A DNA stretch of 64,000 nt from Acidimicrobiia bacterium (GTDB taxonomy: Bacteria > Actinomycetota > Acidimicrobiia > Spongiisociales > UBA11373), in NCBI GenBank assembly GCA_041551965.1, contig JBFELU010000001.1, positions 5,132 through 69,131 on the forward strand, given 5' to 3'. Positions 48,301 through 59,980 of this stretch are shown here, one piece after another. A model generated the notes under the pieces. It did not search any database. It was not told where the DNA came from and saw only the letters and a program-made list of their open reading frames with translations. Each line of letters opens with the position of its first letter. Within the stretch, counting starts at the first letter, position 1. The position numbers and the translations under genes are program-made.

Positions 48301-48700
48301 TGGATCCGGCCGGCTGTCCCTCACCGATCCCGACCACCCGCTCACCACCGGCGTGCAGGTCCATGCCCAACCGATGGGCAAGAAGATCGGGAAGCTCAGC
48401 CTCCTGTCGGGTGGCGAGCGCTCGTTGGCGGCCCTCGCTTTCCTGTTTGCGGTCTTCCGCGCCCGACCCAGCCCCTTCTACGTCCTCGATGAGGTCGAGG
48501 CGGCACTCGACGACGCCAACCTGCATCGATTCATTCGGCTCGTGTCGACCCTGCGGGACTCCTCGCAGCTGGTCGTCGTCACCCACCAGCAGCAGACGAT
48601 GGAGGCGGCGGATCTCCTCTACGGGGTGACGATGGAGCCCGGGGAGTCCTCCAGAGTGTTGGCCAAGCGAATGACTCCGGCGGGTCTGGAGTCGGCGTGA
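45314..48700 (+). CDS. smc: Chromosome segregation protein SMC
   Basis: It has Walker A GPNGTGKSN, long coiled coils with a hinge, the signature LSGGERSLAALAF, and Walker B FYVLDEVEAALD. Confidence 0.95.
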   Translation: MHLKTLSLVGFKSFADRTRLVFEPGVTVIVGPNGTGKSNIVDAIAWVMGTQAASALRSERMEDVIFAGTALRSATARAEVALTFDNESRRLPLDLPEITVTRRLHRDGTSDYEINGTPCRLLDIQELLSDGGIGRHQHVIVGQGRVEGILNAGPEEHRAVIEEAAGVIKHRQRRDRALRRLEATEVDVQRLEDLLAEQQRRMRPLRRQARAAERYDEAKAEWRALRLWLGGERLRAIRGRLEHLGREQATAEKAAETATARLESIDESLGDLAAAAGDMGKALDRDTTAAARLETTLERLQRIAMVARERGGNLRRRMEGLEHRRRDLDVEASDIERDLERSRGQAVGLGARLERCEVALRALEDEERSLTEEHGLSAEGVTARLRGELAALDAAHRRDDQEVAEIRRRLEVVEERLTEDDAEAADLNQRITTADAGVDDVRRRYERAAAHREEVQAALTSAEEQAVAAQTALASAEARLEVVLAYGADAATDRLGDFESVIGPVLELVSVPSGLAAAVHAALGPWSGAVVVADSEAFGPAMELAGSGALVAADASAADVAVASLVDHLDPGPHRRLMEALLGDVALVETWREGLSLVRSGGAARAVTPSGDLITPFGVRLAGELESPDAVRGLVDRAGSEAARATSRLTVARRGFEDSRADERAALEELEAIETRISGAAEALRLVERSRSESEAERSRLAARLSTLEETAVGRSERIGDLRRRLDAFEGEEAERQAAWEAVTARRVEVGSRLDDVRRDREETTAGLAAVEERIRLLEQRATEVSAAREGLALQPTDTGPVERLVTIEGRARAALAAVQHHLSVLRQRQRELRSSAGAAGARLEAAHAERDRLSSIITEARERIGQGAIEIAELRVRDEAEAEGLRRDVDAEAAEALAAPPCELPDGADGWEHAASLEARIKRLGPVNPLAAAEYRELAERAEFLEGQLADLASSRSDLGKVIAALDGEIGRLFGEAFVEISGRFEENFSLLFPGGSGRLSLTDPDHPLTTGVQVHAQPMGKKIGKLSLLSGGERSLAALAFLFAVFRARPSPFYVLDEVEAALDDANLHRFIRLVSTLRDSSQLVVVTHQQQTMEAADLLYGVTMEPGESSRVLAKRMTPAGLESA

Positions 48701-49680
48701 TCATCGCGCTGGTGGCGGCGGCCGCCGTCATCGTGATCGTGGTGCTGATCTGGGCTCTTCGACGGCATGGGAGAACGTTGCCGCGGCCCGCCGCCGCGGC
48801 CGGGGATTTCGGTGCCGGTCTCGCGCCGACCAGGCGGGCCATGCGGGAGCGCCTCGGCGCACTGCTCGGCCGGGAGCTCGACTCGGTCGTGCTCGGAGAC
48901 CTCGAACGCGTGCTCCTGGCGGCGGACGTCGGGCCGGCGGCAACCGCCGAGATCATCGGCTCCCTGCGTGCGGAACGGCCGGACGGCCGAGACGATGCCG
49001 ACACCGCGCTCCGCCGCCTGTTGCTCGGATCGTTCCGAGACGTCCCGAGAGAGCTCCGTCTCTCCGGGGACCCGGCCATCGTCGTCGTGGTGGGCGTCAA
49101 CGGATCCGGGAAGACGACGACGGCGGCCAAACTGGGAGCCCGGCTCGTCGGCGACGGTCTCAGCGTCCTTCTCGGGGCGGCCGACACCTACCGGGCGGCG
49201 GCCGCGGAGCAGTTGCGCTCCTGGGCGGAGCGGCTCGGCCTGGAAGCCGTGGCGGGGCAACCGGGCGCCGATCCGGCCTCGGTGGCATTCGACGCATATC
49301 GGGCCGCTGCGGCCCGCGGGAATCGGGTTCTGATCGTGGACACAGCGGGGAGGCTGCAGTCGAAGCAGAACCTCATGGACGAACTTGCCAAGATCGTGCG
49401 GGTGCTGGGTCGCGAGGGGGGTGAGGTGGGCGAGGTTCTGCTGGTGTTGGATGGCACCGGTGGCCAGAACGGCATCGCTCAGGCTCGGGCCTTCACGGAG
49501 GCGGTCGGTGTGACGGGTCTGGTGGTGACCAAGCTCGACGGAACGGCGCGGGGCGGCATTGCGATCGCCGTCGAGCGCGAACTCGGTATTCCGGTGAAGT
49601 ACGTTGGAGTCGGTGAGGGCCCGGGTGACCTCCTCCCGTTCGAGGCCCATGCCTTCGTCGACGCACTCCTGGGGGTCTGA
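48697..49680 (+). CDS. ftsY: Signal recognition particle receptor FtsY, with an N-terminal TM anchor
   Basis: The GTG overlaps the smc stop. It has the motifs GVNGSGKTTTAAKLG, DTAGRL and TKLDG. Confidence 0.93.
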   Translation: MIIALVAAAAVIVIVVLIWALRRHGRTLPRPAAAAGDFGAGLAPTRRAMRERLGALLGRELDSVVLGDLERVLLAADVGPAATAEIIGSLRAERPDGRDDADTALRRLLLGSFRDVPRELRLSGDPAIVVVVGVNGSGKTTTAAKLGARLVGDGLSVLLGAADTYRAAAAEQLRSWAERLGLEAVAGQPGADPASVAFDAYRAAAARGNRVLIVDTAGRLQSKQNLMDELAKIVRVLGREGGEVGEVLLVLDGTGGQNGIAQARAFTEAVGVTGLVVTKLDGTARGGIAIAVERELGIPVKYVGVGEGPGDLLPFEAHAFVDALLGV

Positions 49681-50057
49681 TGAACGACGAACTCGTTGCG
49701 GAGGCCAGACGGGCCGCGCTGAATGCCTACGTTCCCTATTCGGGGTTCCGGGTCGGCGCCGTCGTGATCGACGACGAGGGCAACCGGTACCACGGGGCCA
49801 ATGTGGAGAACTCCGCATATGGGGCCACCATCTGTGCGGAAGCCACGGCGATTGCCCATGCGGTCGCTTCCGGGGGACGCAAGCTCACCACGGTGGCGGT
49901 GGCCTGCATCGATGCCGAGGAGGCTAAGTATCCGTGCGGCAACTGCCGTCAGATGATGAGGGAATTCGATGTTGATCGAGTGATCGTGGACGGCCCCGAT
50001 GGCGCGGTGGAGCACACGCTCGACGAGATCCTTCCGTACGGATTCCGGCTGTCGTGA
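49680..50057 (+). CDS. cdd: Cytidine deaminase
   Basis: It has the zinc motifs CAEATAI and PCGNCRQ. Its start overlaps the ftsY stop (TGATG). Confidence 0.9.
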   Translation: MNDELVAEARRAALNAYVPYSGFRVGAVVIDDEGNRYHGANVENSAYGATICAEATAIAHAVASGGRKLTTVAVACIDAEEAKYPCGNCRQMMREFDVDRVIVDGPDGAVEHTLDEILPYGFRLS

Positions 50058-50356
50058 AGGGACGAGTCAAGCGACGGGCCCGGGCTCCCGATAGCCGGTC
50101 TATGACATTGGCCCGAACCCAGGACTGGAAGGTGACGCCCGCCTACCGGCTGTTGCTGCGGGTGGCGTGGGTCGCCGCAATCGGGGCGATCTACCTCGTC
50201 GTGGTGGCGGCGATCATGGGAGTGGAGCGAGCCTGGTGGGCTGCGGCCGGCCTGGCCGCGCTGGCGCTGGCCATCGGTGCGTTCCTCCCCGAGCCGGTGC
50301 CGCGGCAGTTCATCACCGGCGGGCGCAACCACATCGACACCCGCCGCTCCTCCTAG
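50054..50356 (+). CDS. Small membrane protein, function unknown
   Basis: The GTG overlaps the cdd stop (GTGA). It has two hydrophobic segments, and no family was recognised. Confidence 0.45.
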   Translation: MKGRVKRRARAPDSRSMTLARTQDWKVTPAYRLLLRVAWVAAIGAIYLVVVAAIMGVERAWWAAAGLAALALAIGAFLPEPVPRQFITGGRNHIDTRRSS

Positions 50357-50369
50357 GGCTTCGGGCCGA

Positions 50370-51311
50370 TCAGCCCCGGGCCTTGAGCGCCTCCAGCAGC
50401 TGGGGCAGGATCTTGTGCACGTCACCCACGATGCCGAGGTCGGAGATGCCGAAGATCGGTGCCTCCTCGTCTTTGTTCACCGAGATGATCGTGCCGGCGT
50501 CCTTCATGCCGACCGCGTGCTGCATGGCCCCGCTGATGCCGAGGGCCACGTAGACGCCCGGCTTGACGGTCTTCCCGGTCTGGCCGACCTGGAGGGAATA
50601 GGGGACCCAGCCCGCATCGACGACGGCCCGGGTGGCGCCGACCGCCGCCCCGAGGAGCCCGGCGAGTTCCTCGATGCCCCCGAATGCCTCCTCGGTGCCC
50701 ATCCCGCGGCCGCCGGACACGACGATGTTGGCCTCTTCCAGCTTCGGCCCGGTTGCCGGCTCCTCATGCCGTTCGACGATGGTGGCCGGCCCCGGCTCGG
50801 GCATCGCGACCGGCACCACCTCCGGTGCTGCCTCGCCTCCCGGCTCGGCGGCGAAGGACTTCGGTCGCACGATGGCGATCCAGGGGCCCTCGCCGTCGAA
50901 GGCGGTTTCGACGATGGTGGTGCCTCCCAGGATCTCGTTCATCACCCGGACGCCGCCCCCCTCGACGGCGATGTCCACCGCTCCGGCGAGCACGGGGCGA
51001 TCGAGCCGGGCGCTGAGGCGACCGGCTACGTCGCGGTCGGTGTAGCCCTGACCGAAGAGCAGCAGATCGGGCCCGTGCTCGGCAACCAGGTCGCCGAGGG
51101 CGGCCGTGACACCTGCCGCCGGCAGTGCGTCGCCGGGATCGATGTGAAACACCCTGCTCGCTCCATGAGAACCGAGGGCCGCGACGGTGTCGTCGGATGC
51201 AGGCCCGGCGTACACGACGGCGAGGTCGCCGTCGAAGGAGCGCGCCTTCGTCAGGATCTCGAGTGCCGTGGAGGTGGCGCCCGCCTCGTCGGTGAAGACC
51301 CAGGTCTGCAT
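50370..51311 (-). CDS. etfA: Electron transfer flavoprotein, alpha subunit
   Basis: The C-terminal FAD-binding block is VGQTGK.V.P..Y.A.GISGA.QH..GM. Confidence 0.92.
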   Translation of the reverse strand: MQTWVFTDEAGATSTALEILTKARSFDGDLAVVYAGPASDDTVAALGSHGASRVFHIDPGDALPAAGVTAALGDLVAEHGPDLLLFGQGYTDRDVAGRLSARLDRPVLAGAVDIAVEGGGVRVMNEILGGTTIVETAFDGEGPWIAIVRPKSFAAEPGGEAAPEVVPVAMPEPGPATIVERHEEPATGPKLEEANIVVSGGRGMGTEEAFGGIEELAGLLGAAVGATRAVVDAGWVPYSLQVGQTGKTVKPGVYVALGISGAMQHAVGMKDAGTIISVNKDEEAPIFGISDLGIVGDVHKILPQLLEALKARG

Positions 51312-51312
51312 G

Positions 51313-52089
51313 TCAGATCACCTTCGTTTCTTCGAGGATCTTGACGATCTCGAGATAGGCCTCGCCTTCATCGGTGACCAGACGGCCGGCTTCACGGGCC
51401 GGCGCGGGACGCACGCCGGTGATGGTCTGTCGGGAGCCCCCGACCCCGACCGATTCCGGCGAGACCCCGAGGTCGCCCAGCGAGGGCTGATCGATCGGCT
51501 TCTGCTTGGCGGCCATGATCCCCTTGAACGTCGGGTAGCGGGGTTCGACCGCACCCGATGTCACCGACACAACGGCCGGGAGCGGGCACTCGACGACGTC
51601 GTATCCGTCTGCAGTCTGCCGCTCGATCCGGAGGGACCCGTCGCCGATCTCGATCTTGCGGGCGAAGGTCAGAGCGGGCAAACCGAGCAGCTCGGCAAGC
51701 TGCTGCGGCACGACGCCGGTGTAGCCGTCGGTCGACTCGGTTCCCGTGATGACGAGGTCGGGGCCCTCGGGCCCGATGGCGGCCGCCAGCACCTTGGCGG
51801 TGGGCAGTGCTCCCGACCCGCGCAGCGCGGCGTCGTCGACGACGATGGCGCGGTCGGCACCCATGGCGAGGGCCTGACGGATGCCCTGGAGGCTGCCGGT
51901 CGGCCCCATCGAGACGAGCACGATCTCCGCGTCACCGGCCTCGGCGATCTGCAAAGCCAACTCGACGCCGTAGCGGTCGGTGTCGTCGAGGACTTGCTCC
52001 TGGGGCCGGACGACGAAGTGGGTCTCGGCATCGAGCTCGTACGGTGTGTTCGGATCGGGTATCTGCTTCACGCAGACGGCGATCTTCAT
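51313..52089 (-). CDS. etfB: Electron transfer flavoprotein, beta subunit
   Basis: The sequence starts MKIAVCVKQIPD. It is about 258 aa and lies immediately upstream of etfA. Confidence 0.92.
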   Translation of the reverse strand: MKIAVCVKQIPDPNTPYELDAETHFVVRPQEQVLDDTDRYGVELALQIAEAGDAEIVLVSMGPTGSLQGIRQALAMGADRAIVVDDAALRGSGALPTAKVLAAAIGPEGPDLVITGTESTDGYTGVVPQQLAELLGLPALTFARKIEIGDGSLRIERQTADGYDVVECPLPAVVSVTSGAVEPRYPTFKGIMAAKQKPIDQPSLGDLGVSPESVGVGGSRQTITGVRPAPAREAGRLVTDEGEAYLEIVKILEETKVI

Positions 52090-52152
52090 GACCCTCCTCT
52101 CTCGTGGCGCCGATGCTAGGCCATCGCCGCCGGGGCTCCATCGGGTGCGTAC

Positions 52153-52983
52153 TCAGCTCCGAGCGGCCAGATATTCGAGCAGCCGGTCGAGGAGGGTCGT
52201 GAAACGATCCCTGGCTTCAGCTGCCGTTTTTTGGACCTCATCGTGGCTCGGGGGTGTCGCCGAGGTCCCGGCCGCGAAATTGGTGACGAGCGAGATGCCG
52301 AGTACGTCGGCGCCCATATGGCGGGCGGCTATGGCTTCGGGCACCGTCGACATGCCGACCAGGTCGGCGCCGAGACGCTTGGCCATCTGCACCTCCGCCG
52401 GCGTCTCGTAGCTGGGGCCGAGAAACCAGGCATAGACACCCTCGGCGAGGTCGACGCTGACGGCGGCCGCCGCTTCGCGAGCCAACTCCCGAAGGCCCGG
52501 CGCGTACACCGTGTTCATGTCGGGGAATCGCGGGCCGAGCCGATCGTCGTTGGCTCCGACCAGCGGATTGCGACCGGTGAGGTTGAGATGATCGGAGATG
52601 AGCACGAGATCTCCCGGTGCCAGGCCGTCGCCCACACCGCCGGCCGCATTGGTGAGCATCACGGTGTCGCATCCGGCCAGGACGGCACAGCGGACGCCGA
52701 AGACGATGTCCTCCATGGGCCATCCCTCGTAGGTGTGGACCCTCCCTGCGAGGATCAGGACTCCCTTGCCGCCGATGACGGCCGACACCAGGCTTCCCCG
52801 GTGGCCCTCGACCGCCGGCACCGGGAAGCCGGGGATCGAGTCATAGGGGAGTTCGGTAGCCTCGGGGAGCCGGGCCGCATACCCGCTGAGACCGGAGCCG
52901 AGGACGACGGCGATGTGGTGTCGGTCCCGTCCGGTTCCGTCGGCGATGGCGGCGACTGCGGTCTTGAGTTCGTCGTAGGTCAT
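52153..52983 (-). CDS. punA: Purine nucleoside phosphorylase (trimeric PunA type)
   Basis: It has the motifs GSGL, GR.H.YEG, GP.YETPAE and GMSTVPE. Its ATG overlaps the deoA stop. Confidence 0.9.
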   Translation of the reverse strand: MTYDELKTAVAAIADGTGRDRHHIAVVLGSGLSGYAARLPEATELPYDSIPGFPVPAVEGHRGSLVSAVIGGKGVLILAGRVHTYEGWPMEDIVFGVRCAVLAGCDTVMLTNAAGGVGDGLAPGDLVLISDHLNLTGRNPLVGANDDRLGPRFPDMNTVYAPGLRELAREAAAAVSVDLAEGVYAWFLGPSYETPAEVQMAKRLGADLVGMSTVPEAIAARHMGADVLGISLVTNFAAGTSATPPSHDEVQKTAAEARDRFTTLLDRLLEYLAARS

Positions 52984-54284
52984 CGGACATCTCCGTAGAC
53001 GAGCGGCGTGCCGAGGTGCTCGGAGATCTCGAAGGCGCCTTCGATCATCGGGAGAGAATCGGCAAGCTTGCCCTCGTCGTTCCAGAAGATACGGGCGACC
53101 GCTTGACCTGCTGTCACCTCGTCCCCCGTCTTGACCTCGACCGCAATCCCGACGGCGGGATCGATGTCGTCGTCCTTGCGTTCGCGACCCGCGCCGAGCC
53201 GCAGGGCGGCGCTGCCGATGTCGAAGGCGTCGATGCGGGCTACGTATCCGGCCCTCGGGGCGCGGACGACGTGCTCGTTCTCGGCCTGTGGGAGCAAGGA
53301 GGGGTCGTGGAGAACGGCCGGGTCGCCCCCCTGGGCGATGGTGACCTGCTCCAGCTTCTCGAAAGCGGCTCCTGTGCGGACCGCCCTTTCGAGGCGCTGG
53401 CGGGCGTCGCCGCGTTGCGATTCGATCCCAGCGAGCATCAGCATCTCCTCACCGAGCCGGTACACGACCTCCACGAGATCCCGGGGACCGCCGCCGCGGA
53501 GCACGTCGATCGACTCGGCGATCTCGTTGGCGTTACCGACCATCCGACCCAACGGCTGGTTCATGTCCGTGAGTACTGCCACCACAGGCGTGCCTTGTGC
53601 TTTCCCGATTCCAACCATCGTCTCTGCGAGGAGGCGAGCCCGGTCGAGGTCCTTCATGAAAGCGCCGCGGCCGACCTTGACGTCGAGCACGAGGCCGCCC
53701 AGGCCGACGGCGAGCTTCTTCGACATGATCGAGGAGGCGATCAACGGAATGGATGGGACCGAGCCGGTTGCATCTCGAAGCGCGTAGATGGCGCCGTCGG
53801 CCGGCGCCAGCGACCCCGACTGTCCGGCGAGGACCAAACCGGTTTGCTCCACGACGGATACGAACTCGCTGGGTGAGAGGCTGGTGCGGAACCCCGGAAT
53901 CGACTCCAACTTGTCGACCGTGCCCCCGGTGTGCCCGAGGCCCCGCCCGCTCATCATCGGGACGGCCGCGCCGCAGGCGGCCACCATCGGCGCCAAGGGG
54001 ATGCTCACCTTGTCGCCCACCCCGCCGGTGGAGTGCTTGTCGACCTTGGGGGCATCGATGTGGGAGAGGTCGAGGACCTCGCCGGAGTGGAGCATGGCGT
54101 CGGTCCACACAGCGAGTTCGGTTCCGTCGAGCCCTTCCTTGAAGACCGCCATCAACATGGCGGCCATCTGGTAGTCGGGGAGGTTGCCGATCGTGTACTC
54201 GGCGATGATCCAGCGGATCTCCTCGCCGCGCAAGACACCACCGTCGCGCTTGCGTTCGATGAGTTGCCGGAAGCTGAACGCCAT
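52980..54284 (-). CDS. deoA: Thymidine (pyrimidine-nucleoside) phosphorylase
   Basis: It has the KRDG block and the DKHSTGGVGDKVS motif. I set the start at ATG 54284, preceded by AGGAGG. The ORF-track extension to 54908 overlaps two upstream genes. Confidence 0.92.
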   Translation of the reverse strand: MAFSFRQLIERKRDGGVLRGEEIRWIIAEYTIGNLPDYQMAAMLMAVFKEGLDGTELAVWTDAMLHSGEVLDLSHIDAPKVDKHSTGGVGDKVSIPLAPMVAACGAAVPMMSGRGLGHTGGTVDKLESIPGFRTSLSPSEFVSVVEQTGLVLAGQSGSLAPADGAIYALRDATGSVPSIPLIASSIMSKKLAVGLGGLVLDVKVGRGAFMKDLDRARLLAETMVGIGKAQGTPVVAVLTDMNQPLGRMVGNANEIAESIDVLRGGGPRDLVEVVYRLGEEMLMLAGIESQRGDARQRLERAVRTGAAFEKLEQVTIAQGGDPAVLHDPSLLPQAENEHVVRAPRAGYVARIDAFDIGSAALRLGAGRERKDDDIDPAVGIAVEVKTGDEVTAGQAVARIFWNDEGKLADSLPMIEGAFEISEHLGTPLVYGDVR

Positions 54285-54298
54285 GCCGATCCTCCTCG

Positions 54299-54577
54299 CT
54301 ACGTTCCCAGAGATACTCTGTCGGAACGGGTGAACACTACGCCTTCGGCCTCGAGCCTCCTGCGATGCTCCTCCTCGCCACCCGGTACCAGGCGACCGGA
54401 TGCCGCTACCACTCGCCACCAGGGAAGGCCGGTCGAGTGCCGCAAGAGGCTCCCCACCGCCCGGGCCGCCCCGGGATACCCCGCCTCGGCGGCGACCTCG
54501 CCGTAGGTGCTGACCTCTCCCGGTTCCAGGGCGGAGATCACCTCCCGTACCCGGGTCTCGAAGTCGTCGCCCGACAT
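54299..54577 (-). CDS. Alkyltransferase-like (ATL) protein: MGMT DNA-binding domain with Trp in place of the acceptor Cys
   Basis: 92 aa. The sequence is STYGEVAAEAGYPGAARAVGSLL...GLPWWRVV, where canonical Ogt/Ada has PCHRV. Its ATG overlaps the upp stop (TGATG). Confidence 0.75.
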   Translation of the reverse strand: MSGDDFETRVREVISALEPGEVSTYGEVAAEAGYPGAARAVGSLLRHSTGLPWWRVVAASGRLVPGGEEEHRRRLEAEGVVFTRSDRVSLGT

Positions 54578-55194
54578 CACAGGGTTCCGAAGAGACGGTC
54601 GCCCATGTCGCCGAGGCCGGGCACGATGTAGAAGCGATCGTTGAGTGACTCGTCGAGGGAGGCCACGACGATCCGGGCGTCGGGGTGTTCGGCGAACATC
54701 CTCTCGGCTCCCGCGGGGGCGGCCACCACGCACAGGCAGGTGATGTCTCGCGCCCCGTTCTCCTTGGCCTTCCCGACCGCCCACGACAGGGATCCACCGG
54801 TGGCCAACATCGGCTCCAGGATGAGCACGTGGGCCCCGGAGAGATCGGCGCTCTTGAAGTAATACTCCATTGGGGTGGCCGTTTCCTCGTCGCGCTGCAC
54901 GCCGGCAAACCCGACTTTGACGTGGGGGATCAGATCGATCACCGCATCAAGGAGCCCCAGCCCGGCGCGCAGCACCGCAATGGCCACTACCTCCGGCATG
55001 GTGTGCCCGGGCGTCGCGGCGAGGGGAGTGGTCACCGAGTGTTCCTTGAGAGGGATCTCCCGGGTGGCCTCCATCAGGAGTGTGTAGGTGAGCCGCCGGG
55101 CTGCGGCCCGGAAGTTCTCGGGCACGGTGTGGGCGTCTCGCAGGACGGTGAGGTAGTGCCGGGTGAGCGGGTGGTCGATGACGGTGAGGTTCAT
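54577..55194 (-). CDS. upp: Uracil phosphoribosyltransferase
   Basis: 205 aa. The N-terminus is V.DHPL..H.LT.LRD, and a PRPP-binding block (LEPMLATGGS) is present. Confidence 0.94.
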   Translation of the reverse strand: MNLTVIDHPLTRHYLTVLRDAHTVPENFRAAARRLTYTLLMEATREIPLKEHSVTTPLAATPGHTMPEVVAIAVLRAGLGLLDAVIDLIPHVKVGFAGVQRDEETATPMEYYFKSADLSGAHVLILEPMLATGGSLSWAVGKAKENGARDITCLCVVAAPAGAERMFAEHPDARIVVASLDESLNDRFYIVPGLGDMGDRLFGTL

Positions 55195-55265
55195 GCCGCC
55201 TCCTCTCGCCCCCGAGAGGCTACCCGGCCGAGACGATCCTCCACGGCGGGCTACGCTCCAGAGCC

Positions 55266-56606
<1,341 letters not shown>

Positions 56607-56610
56607 AGCA

Positions 56611-57111
56611 ATGCCGGTGAAGATCCGCCTGACGCGGAAGGGCAAGAAGAAGCAGCCCACGTACCGGGTCGTGGTGGCCGACTCGCGTGCGCCGCGTGAC
56701 GGCCGGTACATCGAGCAGATCGGTCGCTACGATCCTCGACCGGACCCCTCGGTGGTGGAGATCGATGACGAGCGCGCCCGGTATTGGTTGAGCCAGGGAG
56801 CTCAGCCCTCGGACGCGGTGCGGCGCCTCCTCGAGATCACCGGTGTCCTCGAGGCGACGCGGGTCAGATCTGCCAAGGTCCACGTCGTCGGTGAGGAAGC
56901 GCAGATGGCCGCCGCGGCCGAAGAGGCCGAGCAAGTCGATGTCGACGAACCGGAGTTCCAGCTCGAGGAAGAAGCCGCTGCTGTGGAGACGCTCGAGGGG
57001 ACCGAGGAAGCGGAGGAGACCGGCGTAGCGGAGGAGACCGAGGAACTCGTCACCGATGATGAGGCCGAAGAGGCTTCGTCGGAGGACGAGGCGAAGGGAG
57101 GTGGGGCGTGA
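56611..57111 (+). CDS. rpsP: 30S ribosomal protein S16, with an acidic C-terminal extension
   Basis: The N-terminus is [37 protein letters not shown]. It is followed by a Glu/Ala-rich tail. Confidence 0.92.
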   Translation: MPVKIRLTRKGKKKQPTYRVVVADSRAPRDGRYIEQIGRYDPRPDPSVVEIDDERARYWLSQGAQPSDAVRRLLEITGVLEATRVRSAKVHVVGEEAQMAAAAEEAEQVDVDEPEFQLEEEAAAVETLEGTEEAEETGVAEETEELVTDDEAEEASSEDEAKGGGA

Positions 57112-57356
57112 AGGGCGACATCGTGAAGAACGTCGTCGAGTACGTCTCCCACGAGATCGCCGAGGATCGCGACTCGGTGCGGGTGACGATCGTCGAAGAG
57201 GGCCCCAACGAGGTGACGGCCGAGGTGCGCACCGCCAAGAGCGACATGGGGCGGGTCATCGGCCGCCGGGGACGCGTGGCGCGTGCCATCCGGGCGGTCG
57301 CTCAGGCCGCCGCCGAGGAAGAGGGCCTGAACGCCGGCGTTGAGTTCGTCGACTGA
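57108..57356 (+). CDS. KH-domain RNA-binding protein (YlqC family)
   Basis: 82 aa with the GRVIGRRGR motif. The GTG overlaps the rpsP stop (GTGA). Confidence 0.85.
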   Translation: MKGDIVKNVVEYVSHEIAEDRDSVRVTIVEEGPNEVTAEVRTAKSDMGRVIGRRGRVARAIRAVAQAAAEEEGLNAGVEFVD

Positions 57357-57863
57357 GCCGACCGGTCGGATCCCCGTCGGCAGGATCGGCCGACCCCACG
57401 GGCTGCGAGGTGAGGTCACGATCCTTCCGGAGAGCGACGCCGCCGAGCGTTTCGCCCCCGGCTCTTCGTTGGCCACCGAGACGGGTCGGCACCTGGTCGT
57501 GGCCGCCTCTCGGCCATATCGTGACCGCGGCCTGATCGTCGCCTTCGAAGGCGTCGTCGATCGCAGTGCCGCCGAAGCCCTCCGTGACGTGATCGTGACG
57601 ATCTCCGCCGCCGAACGTCGCTCCCTCGAGGAGGGGGAATACTGGATCGACGACCTGGTGGGGCTCCGGGTGATCGATCCGGGCGGGCAGATGGTGGGAA
57701 CCGTCACCGACGTGGTCCTCGGGCCACAGGATCGGCTGGTCGTCGACGTCGGAACGGGGGAGATCGAGGTCCCTTTCGTTCACGACCTGGTCGGGGACCC
57801 ACACGACGGCACGATCACCGTCGATCTACCCGTCGGCCTCGAAGTCAGGGAACGCAGAACGCC

Positions 57864-57867
<4 letters not shown>
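57340..57867 (+). CDS. rimM: Ribosome maturation factor RimM
   Basis: It has the VGRIGRPHGLRGEV motif and a PRC-barrel C-terminus. It starts with TTG and overlaps the KH gene's 3' end. Confidence 0.85.
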
Positions 57868-58873
<1,006 letters not shown>

Positions 58874-58877
<4 letters not shown>

Positions 58878-59896
58878 ACGCCCTCCTTCCGATCGAATGC
58901 GGCAAGGTGCTCCATGACCTCGACCGCTCGGGCGGCGTAGCCCCAACCGTTGTCGAACCAGATGATCGCCTTCAACATCGTCTCCTCCATCACGAGCGTG
59001 GCGAGACCGTCGAAGATCGCCGAATGGGTGTTGCCGATCACGTCGCTCGACACGATCGGCTCGTCCGTGTATTCGATGACGGTGTTCCCGGCGGCCGCCT
59101 TGGCGATGGCGGCGTTCACCTCATCACGGGTGGCGGCCGTGCTGAGGATCGCCACCAGATCCACATTCGAGCCGTCGGCGACCGGAACGTTGAGGGCCAT
59201 GCCCGAGAGCTTCCCGGCCATCCGGGGGAGGACTCCTTCGATGATCTCGGGGGAGTTCGTCGGGGCGGGAATGATGTTCTCGGCGGCGGCCCGGCTGAGC
59301 CGGAGGTCGTCGCCCGGCACGTCGGCGAGACGGTGCTCGTTGGTGAAAGCGTGCACGGTGGTGAACATGGCGTACTCCACCCCGAAGGTCTCGTCGAGGA
59401 TCCGGAGTACCGGCGCCACGGCATTCGATGTGTTGGAACCGAGCGCGATCATGACGTCGGAGGGGTCGAGGACGTCGTCGTTGGCTCCCATGATCAAGGT
59501 GTCCATGTCACCGGGATTCTCCGGCGTGGAGGCCAGAACCACCCGCTTTGCTCCCGCTTCGATGTGGCGGCGGCACTCCTCGGCCGTGCGGTGCTTGCGG
59601 GTCGCCTGAACGACGATGTCGACGTCGAGTGCTCCCCAGTCGACATCGCCGGGGTCTCGATCCCGGCGCATGGGGATGGTGCGTCCGTCGACGTGCAGGT
59701 TTCCCTCCTCGAATGACACCGGTTTCGGGAACCGCCCGAAGATCGTGTCGTAGCGGAGGAGATAGACGAGGGCCTCGGGGTCGGCGATGTCCACGATCGC
59801 CGCGACCTCGATGGTCGGATGATCCTCTAGTTGGCGGAAGACGTTGCGCCCGATGCGTCCGAACCCCATGAGGCCCACGCGGGTCTTGCGGTCCAT
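58874..59896 (-). CDS. GAPDH-family paralog lacking the catalytic cysteine (Cys->Asn)
   Basis: The fold is collinear with the gap product (GFGRIGRN, TTVHAFT, WFDNGWGYA). The active-site segment reads ALGSNTSNAVAP where gap reads VSNASCTTNCLAP, and TTGAAKA is replaced by PTNSPEI. Confidence 0.8.
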
Positions 59897-59980
59897 GGGT
59901 TGCTTCCTCTCGATCGACCGGTTCTCCAGGCTACCCGGCCGCCGGGGCCTACCCGCCGCCTCGTGATACGGTGTCCCGCC

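Noticed and set aside
54285-54908. A 208-codon N-terminal extension of the thymidine phosphorylase ORF (the ORF track gives 52980-54908).
   Set aside because: It overlaps the ATL gene and the upp 3' end in another frame. ATG 54284 has a perfect AGGAGG RBS and gives the canonical family N-terminus.
56611-57111. The acidic Glu/Ala-rich C-terminal tail on ribosomal protein S16 as something unusual.
   Set aside because: Extended low-complexity C-terminal tails on S16 are common in Actinobacteria, so this is not noteworthy by itself.
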